From a virus: 64,000 bases of DNA. The stretch is taken from IMG/VR virus record IMGVR_UViG_3300006751_000008, positions 2,363 to 66,362 of that record, one strand, 5' to 3'. Positions 63,712 through 64,000 of the stretch are shown piece by piece (the stretch's first letter is position 1; every line of letters starts with the position of its first letter). A program made the translations under genes and the position numbers. Under the pieces are notes generated by a model. The model did no database searches and was not told the origin of the DNA. It saw only the letters and a program-made list of their open reading frames with translations.

Positions 63712-64000
63712 ACAGGTGTTTGACGGGTTTGGCGACCCCTATGCAGACAACATAGATCAGCCAATAGTGAAGGAGGAGAGCGTGGTAGATAGACACATGA
63801 CGGCTTGGCGAGTTCCAAAGGGCGAACCTCGTCTGAGAGCTAGAAGGCGGGCTAGAGAAAATGAGAAAGCGCAGAAAGCGGCTTATCCTTGCGGTGATAG
63901 TGGTATTGGCGATTCTGGTCCTTCAGATGGTCGTAACGCAGAGGCTTGCGAGTTACTGAAGGCCCTACTAATGGAGAGAGGGCTGTCCAAGGAAGAAGCA
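63704..64000 (+). CDS. Hypothetical protein, 3'-truncated by window end
   Basis: ATG 63704 overlapping the previous stop; frame MREQVFDG...ELLKALLMERGLSKEEA open to the end. Confidence 0.5.
   Translation, partial: MREQVFDGFGDPYADNIDQPIVKEESVVDRHMTAWRVPKGEPRLRARRRARENEKAQKAAYPCGDSGIGDSGPSDGRNAEACELLKALLMERGLSKEEA

Larger units (their letters stand above)
1..64000. mobile_element. Tailed bacteriophage (contractile-tailed Caudoviricetes) genome segment, probably near-complete
   Basis: Continuous portal-head-neck-tail-baseplate-lysis operon plus phage replication module; no host housekeeping genes and no integrase seen. Confidence 0.97.

Noticed and set aside
1-64000. Stop-codon reassignment (many genes end in TAG)
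   Set aside because: Genes are full length and tightly packed under the standard code, and TAG stops fall at expected C-termini

Overview
The whole window is a tailed (myovirus-type) bacteriophage genome, probably close to complete and circularly permuted. It opens inside a large polyvalent (LPD1 metallopeptidase) gene upstream of the portal and closes just after a probable small terminase. Bases 1-44956 (+) form one long late operon. It contains an SPO1/Twort (Herelleviridae)-like head module interleaved with candidate virion-cargo genes (LPD1 protein, 1199-aa SNF2 helicase, charged 391-aa protein), neck genes (one with a mini-intein), contractile tail, baseplate, fibre-like proteins and a lysis cassette. 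Bases 45043-58380 (-) carry an adenine MTase, small early genes behind sigma70-type promoters, and a replication module (atypical PolA, SSB, MazG-like protein, SF2 helicase, DUF932, Cas4-like nuclease). Bases 58554-64000 (+) carry a Cro-like HTH, primase-helicase, candidate origin, VRR-NUC, SLT and TerS. The most interesting signals are: shared peptide tags on head and cargo proteins, a capsid N-arm copy inside the protease, an intein in a neck protein, a +1 UUU_CGU frameshift, a Russian-doll nested-domain tail protein, a PolA with motif B FGFPGG, apparent TTAA/AATT avoidance, and repeated gene-junction and promoter elements. All calls come from reading motifs by eye; no searches were run.
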